Of a stretch of 64,000 nucleotides of DNA, positions 63,701 through 64,000 are shown piece by piece. Made by a program: the position numbers and the translations under genes. The notes below the pieces were generated by a model that worked only from the letters and a program-made list of their open reading frames with translations, searched no databases and was not told the origin of the DNA. Each line of letters begins with the position of its first letter. Within the stretch, counting starts at the first letter, position 1. Source of the stretch: Chrysomallon squamiferum (Eukaryota > Animalia > Mollusca); the NCBI GenBank assembly GCA_012295275.1, contig CM022679.1:1984001-2048000 (forward strand). The letters are read 5' to 3'.

Positions 63701-64000
63701 AATTAAATTAATTTAAAATTTGTTATAAATTTTTTATTTGAAATGCGGATTAAAGTATACTGCAAGCCACTTTTAGTTTCAGTTTATCACATTTATACGT
63801 ACGTTGAGCGGATGTTTAATATAGAATTCTATAAATTTAAGGTGTCAAAAAGAAATTTTACATTGTATATGGCATTTAATTGCCTATTTGATAAAATGTT
63901 TAGTCCAATATTTTCATATTTGTAGTTTAATAATATAACAAATTATCATGTGCAAAGTTTGTAATTAAGAAGACATTTTCTGACTTCGTAATTACAGGAT

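Overview
AT-rich, intron-rich animal genomic DNA. It is probably from a lophotrochozoan such as a mollusc; that is inferred from composition and gene structure, not proven. Left to right it contains: (1) the 3' 22 coding exons of a KATNIP/KIAA0556 orthologue (+), with one U12-type minor intron and three tandem-repeat arrays built from its own splice junctions; (2) a three-coding-exon COX6B gene (-) missed by the ORF track; (3) a ~10 kb tandem segmental duplication carrying two intact MFSD13A/TMEM180-like transporter genes (+) with signs of gene conversion; (4) a truncated, catalytically mutated, intron-containing pogo-type DDE transposase with nested MITEs, inserted only in the second duplicate (-); (5) a complete prolyl 4-hydroxylase alpha subunit gene (-) with a pair of duplicated, frame-incompatible exons encoding alternative halves of the peptide-substrate-binding domain; (6) complex AT-rich repeats and a CpG-rich promoter-like end. 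Exon boundaries were derived by hand from GT/GC-AG sites, phase continuity and remembered homology; no searches were run.
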